A stretch of 64,000 nucleotides of DNA from Felis catus (taxonomy: Eukaryota), in assembly GCF_018350175.1 (NCBI RefSeq), contig NC_058373.1, forward strand, positions 115,136,001 through 115,200,000, given 5' to 3'. Made by a program: the position numbers and the translations under genes. Below are positions 61,654 through 64,000 of this stretch, one piece after another. The notes beneath the pieces are model-generated. The model searched no databases and had not been told where the DNA came from. It was given only the letters and a program-made list of their open reading frames with translations. Each line of letters begins with the position of its first letter. Position 1 is the first letter of the stretch.

Positions 61654-62638
61654 GTCAGTCTGGCAGATGAGAAAGGGGGGCTGCTGGGGTTCTGCTTCCT
61701 TTAAGCTGATGGGAAGTGGCGCCCGCTTCCTCCAGAGCACCTGTGCTGTGGGCGGTGTAGCTCCTTTGATGCCCCTCAGCCTCCCTTCCTTTGGGATTTC
61801 ATGTCTTTGTAAAAGACGTTTGGGGTTGCTGGTGTGTGTCCCACTGCATTTCAGCTGAGCCACCGAGGGGCTTGGTAGCTTTATCGAGGCATCTGTTCTG
61901 CTTTGTAAAGTCTCTTTGATGCTTAGGATCTCTCGTTTGCCCAGCCAAGTGCTGGTGACCTTTGGCCATGTTCTGCTAACACCTTCTGGAGTGTCTCTTT
62001 TATATTATTTTTCTTTGAATGGAAATGGACTGTTTGTTATAGAGCTACAGTCCAGCTGGACAGAAGACCCCTCCTGCCTCCTCCTGTCATCCATGACAGG
62101 AAAATCCAGCTGTCTGCAGGAAAGTATGTGTCCTACAGCTGTCTTCGTGCCTCACACTCGGGCTCCTAGACCATGACACCCTAGAGATGGATGGGGACCA
62201 GCCTGAGATTTGCAACTGAAGTTACAGGGTCTTAGAACGGGATCACAGCCCAGTTCTTACCAGTTTTCCTGCCACATGTGGGGAAACATGGGTGGGACCT
62301 GGGATGGTGGAAGGCTGTGTCCATGCACATGGTTGATGCCTACCAACCTGCTACTGAGGACAGGATCAGAAGTGGTTAGTAAAAGCCAGATCTCTAGGGG
62401 CATGTGAGGTTTGGTGTGAGATGGTCCTCAAAGGTCTGAAGTGAAGAGAATTTTAGATTCGAGAACAGGATGGGGAAATGACCCCTTACCTTATGTGTAA
62501 AAGCTGCTCCACACTTAGACTTCCAAAATGGCCATGGCCATGGCACCGTGCAAGGGACCTTTGACGAGATCAGCTGTGGGGCTCACATGTTATGGGTCTG
62601 GGCACAGCACCCTTCTGATGATGATTTTATTTCTGTAG
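61654..62638 (+). other. SUSD6: SUSD6 intron, 985 nt, GT-AG, phase 1
   Basis: gtcagt...tttatttctgtag; G+AC=Asp keeps the frame. Confidence 0.92.
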
Positions 62639-62777
62639 ACAAAGATGCCCACACATCACTTGGGGTCCCCACGCTGTCCATAGTTGCTTCCACTGCCAGC
62701 TCCGTGGCACTCATTCTCCTCCTCGTGGTGCTGTTTGTGCTGCTGCAGCCGAAGCTGAAGTCGTTCCATCACAGCAG
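62639..62777 (+). CDS. SUSD6: SUSD6 exon encoding stalk, transmembrane helix (about 62680-62745, IVASTASSVALILLLVVLFVLL) and basic juxtamembrane QPKLKSFHHS; 139 nt; CDS continues beyond the window
   Basis: Acceptor ctgtag|AC and donor CAG|gtgagg; hydrophobic run followed by Lys residues; matches recalled SUSD6 sequence. Confidence 0.96.
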
Positions 62778-62924
62778 GTGAGGCCCGTGGTCGGGGGCAG
62801 CGGGCATCGCCATGAGGCCTGGCCTTTGACTGCAGAGGGGTGCTTGTGGGCCTGGCAGCCTCTTCTGATGTGTGTGCCCAGGGGAAGGGGAGGGCCCTGC
62901 CATGTGTTCAACTCCTGGATATGC

Positions 62925-63090
62925 TTGGCACTGTGCTTATCATTTTGCTTATCATTAGCTTAATCCTCATTGGATCACTGCAGATAAGGAAGCTGAGGCT
63001 CAGAGAGATTAAGTCAAGGTCGTGACTCCTCTAGATGATGACCACCTGGAGATTTGGACCCAGACTTGTCCAACCCCCAAGCCTTGTCAT
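62925..63090 (-). mobile_element. MIR
   Basis: ttaatcctca...cagataaggaagctgaggctcagagagattaagt...gatttggacccag. Confidence 0.7.
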
Positions 63091-63101
63091 TTGCCCTATA
63101 C

Positions 63102-63281
63102 CAGTGGCTCTCAAAGTGTGGTTCCAGCAGCATCAGCATCACCTGGGGACTTGTTAGGAATGAGAATTTTCAGGCCCCACCCCAGACCAACTGAATGAGA
63201 AACTCTAGGGCCGAGACCCATCCACGTAGTTTCATAAGCCCTCCAGGTGATTCTGAGGCAGGCTCTGTTTGCGAGCCACTG
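63102..63281. mobile_element. MER5A, near full length
   Basis: TIRs cagtggctc / gagccactg; internal gcagcatcagcatcacctggggacttgttag...aagccctccaggtgattctga. Confidence 0.88.
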
Positions 63282-63433
63282 CCCTGGCCCCCTAGTTCCC
63301 AATCCTGACTGCACATACAGGCATCTGTAGGGAATTAAACACAAATACCAACACCTAAGCCTCTATCCCCAGACATTCTGATTAATTTGGTTTGGAGTGG
63401 GAGCCTAGCATTAGTGTTTTTTGTTTTGTTTTT

Positions 63434-63646
63434 TATTTTATTTTTTTTTAATTTTTTTTTTTAATGTTCATTTGTTTTTGAGGGAGACAGAGCGTGAGCA
63501 GGGGAGGGGCAGAGAGAGAGGGAGACACAGAATCCGAAACAGGCTCCAGGCTCCGAGCTGTCAGCACAGAGCCTGACGCGGGGCTCAGACTTTCAGACCG
63601 TGAGATCATGACCCGAGTCGAAGTCGGACGCCCACCCAGGCACCCC
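63434..63646 (-). mobile_element. CanSINE inserted in the tail of another SINE
   Basis: TSD tgttttgttttt at 63422-63433 and 63647-63658; small deletion near the head. Confidence 0.9.
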
Positions 63647-63658
63647 TGTTTTGTTTTT

Positions 63659-63845
63659 GTTTATTTTTGAGAGAGAGAGAGAGAGGGAGAGAACGAGTGG
63701 GGGAGGGGCAGAGAGAGGGGGAGACAGAGGCTCCGAAGTGGGCTCTCTGCTGTCAGCATAGATATGGGGCTTGAACCCATGAAACGTGAGATCACGACCT
63801 GAGCCAAAGTTGGACGTTTAACCGACTGAACCATCCAGGCACCCT
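63659..63845 (-). mobile_element. CanSINE (host of the previous one)
   Basis: Outer TSD gcattagtgtttttt at 63408-63422 and 63849-63863. Confidence 0.9.
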
Positions 63846-64000
63846 GTGGCATTAGTGTTTTTTAAAAAGCTCCCAGTGGTTTTAATGCGCGGCCAGGATG
63901 GCAACCACTGTGCCATACTGTGCTAGAAACAGAGGAAGTGGGGGTTTTTGCCCACCTTTGTCACTTTCCTTTTTCCAGTTGAGTGCGCTGCCCACAAGTC

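Larger units (their letters stand above)
63291..63910. mobile_element. Second MER5-family element (MER5A1-like), split by two nested SINEs
   Basis: ccccagacattctgattaatttgg...agcctagcattagtg | ttttaaaaagctccc...taatgcgcggccagg...aaccactg. Confidence 0.72.

Noticed and set aside
62548..62638. N-terminal extension of ORF 62548-62781
   Set aside because: Non-ATG start in intronic sequence; the real exon begins at the acceptor at 62639
124..63852. Recurring short ORFs of the MAQSVK...SLEPASDSVSPSLSAPP type
   Set aside because: They are translations of CanSINE bodies, not a gene family
1..64000. A novel multi-gene system (operon, CRISPR array, defence island)
   Set aside because: The DNA is mammalian intron; all recurring motifs are known interspersed repeats, and there are no repeat-spacer arrays or long ORFs

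Overview
Eukaryotic (mammalian) genomic DNA, almost certainly from a felid: the window is full of felid-type CanSINEs (SINEC_Fc-like). It lies inside one + strand gene that I recognise as SUSD6 (KIAA0247/DRAGO). Three coding exons are present: 21545-21745 (ATG at 21625; signal peptide), 61456-61653 (sushi/CCP domain) and 62639-62777 (transmembrane helix). They splice in frame through GT-AG junctions. The non-coding first exon lies upstream of the window and the cytoplasmic-tail exons lie downstream. The rest is intron with about 30 CanSINEs, old L1/L2/MIR fragments, hAT DNA transposons, a solo LTR and simple repeats. Nearly all ORFs in the supplied track are spurious. I found no convincing novel biological system. 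The best leads are: (1) the start-codon exon opens with a donor-like motif (tag|GTAAAT, a recursive-splice-site architecture); (2) SINEs repeatedly reuse the same or adjacent insertion sites; (3) young, possibly polymorphic SINEs; (4) inverted SINEs flanking exons; (5) IRF-type motifs in SINE-poor parts of the 39.7-kb intron. Repeat subfamily names and old-repeat boundaries were assigned by eye and are approximate.
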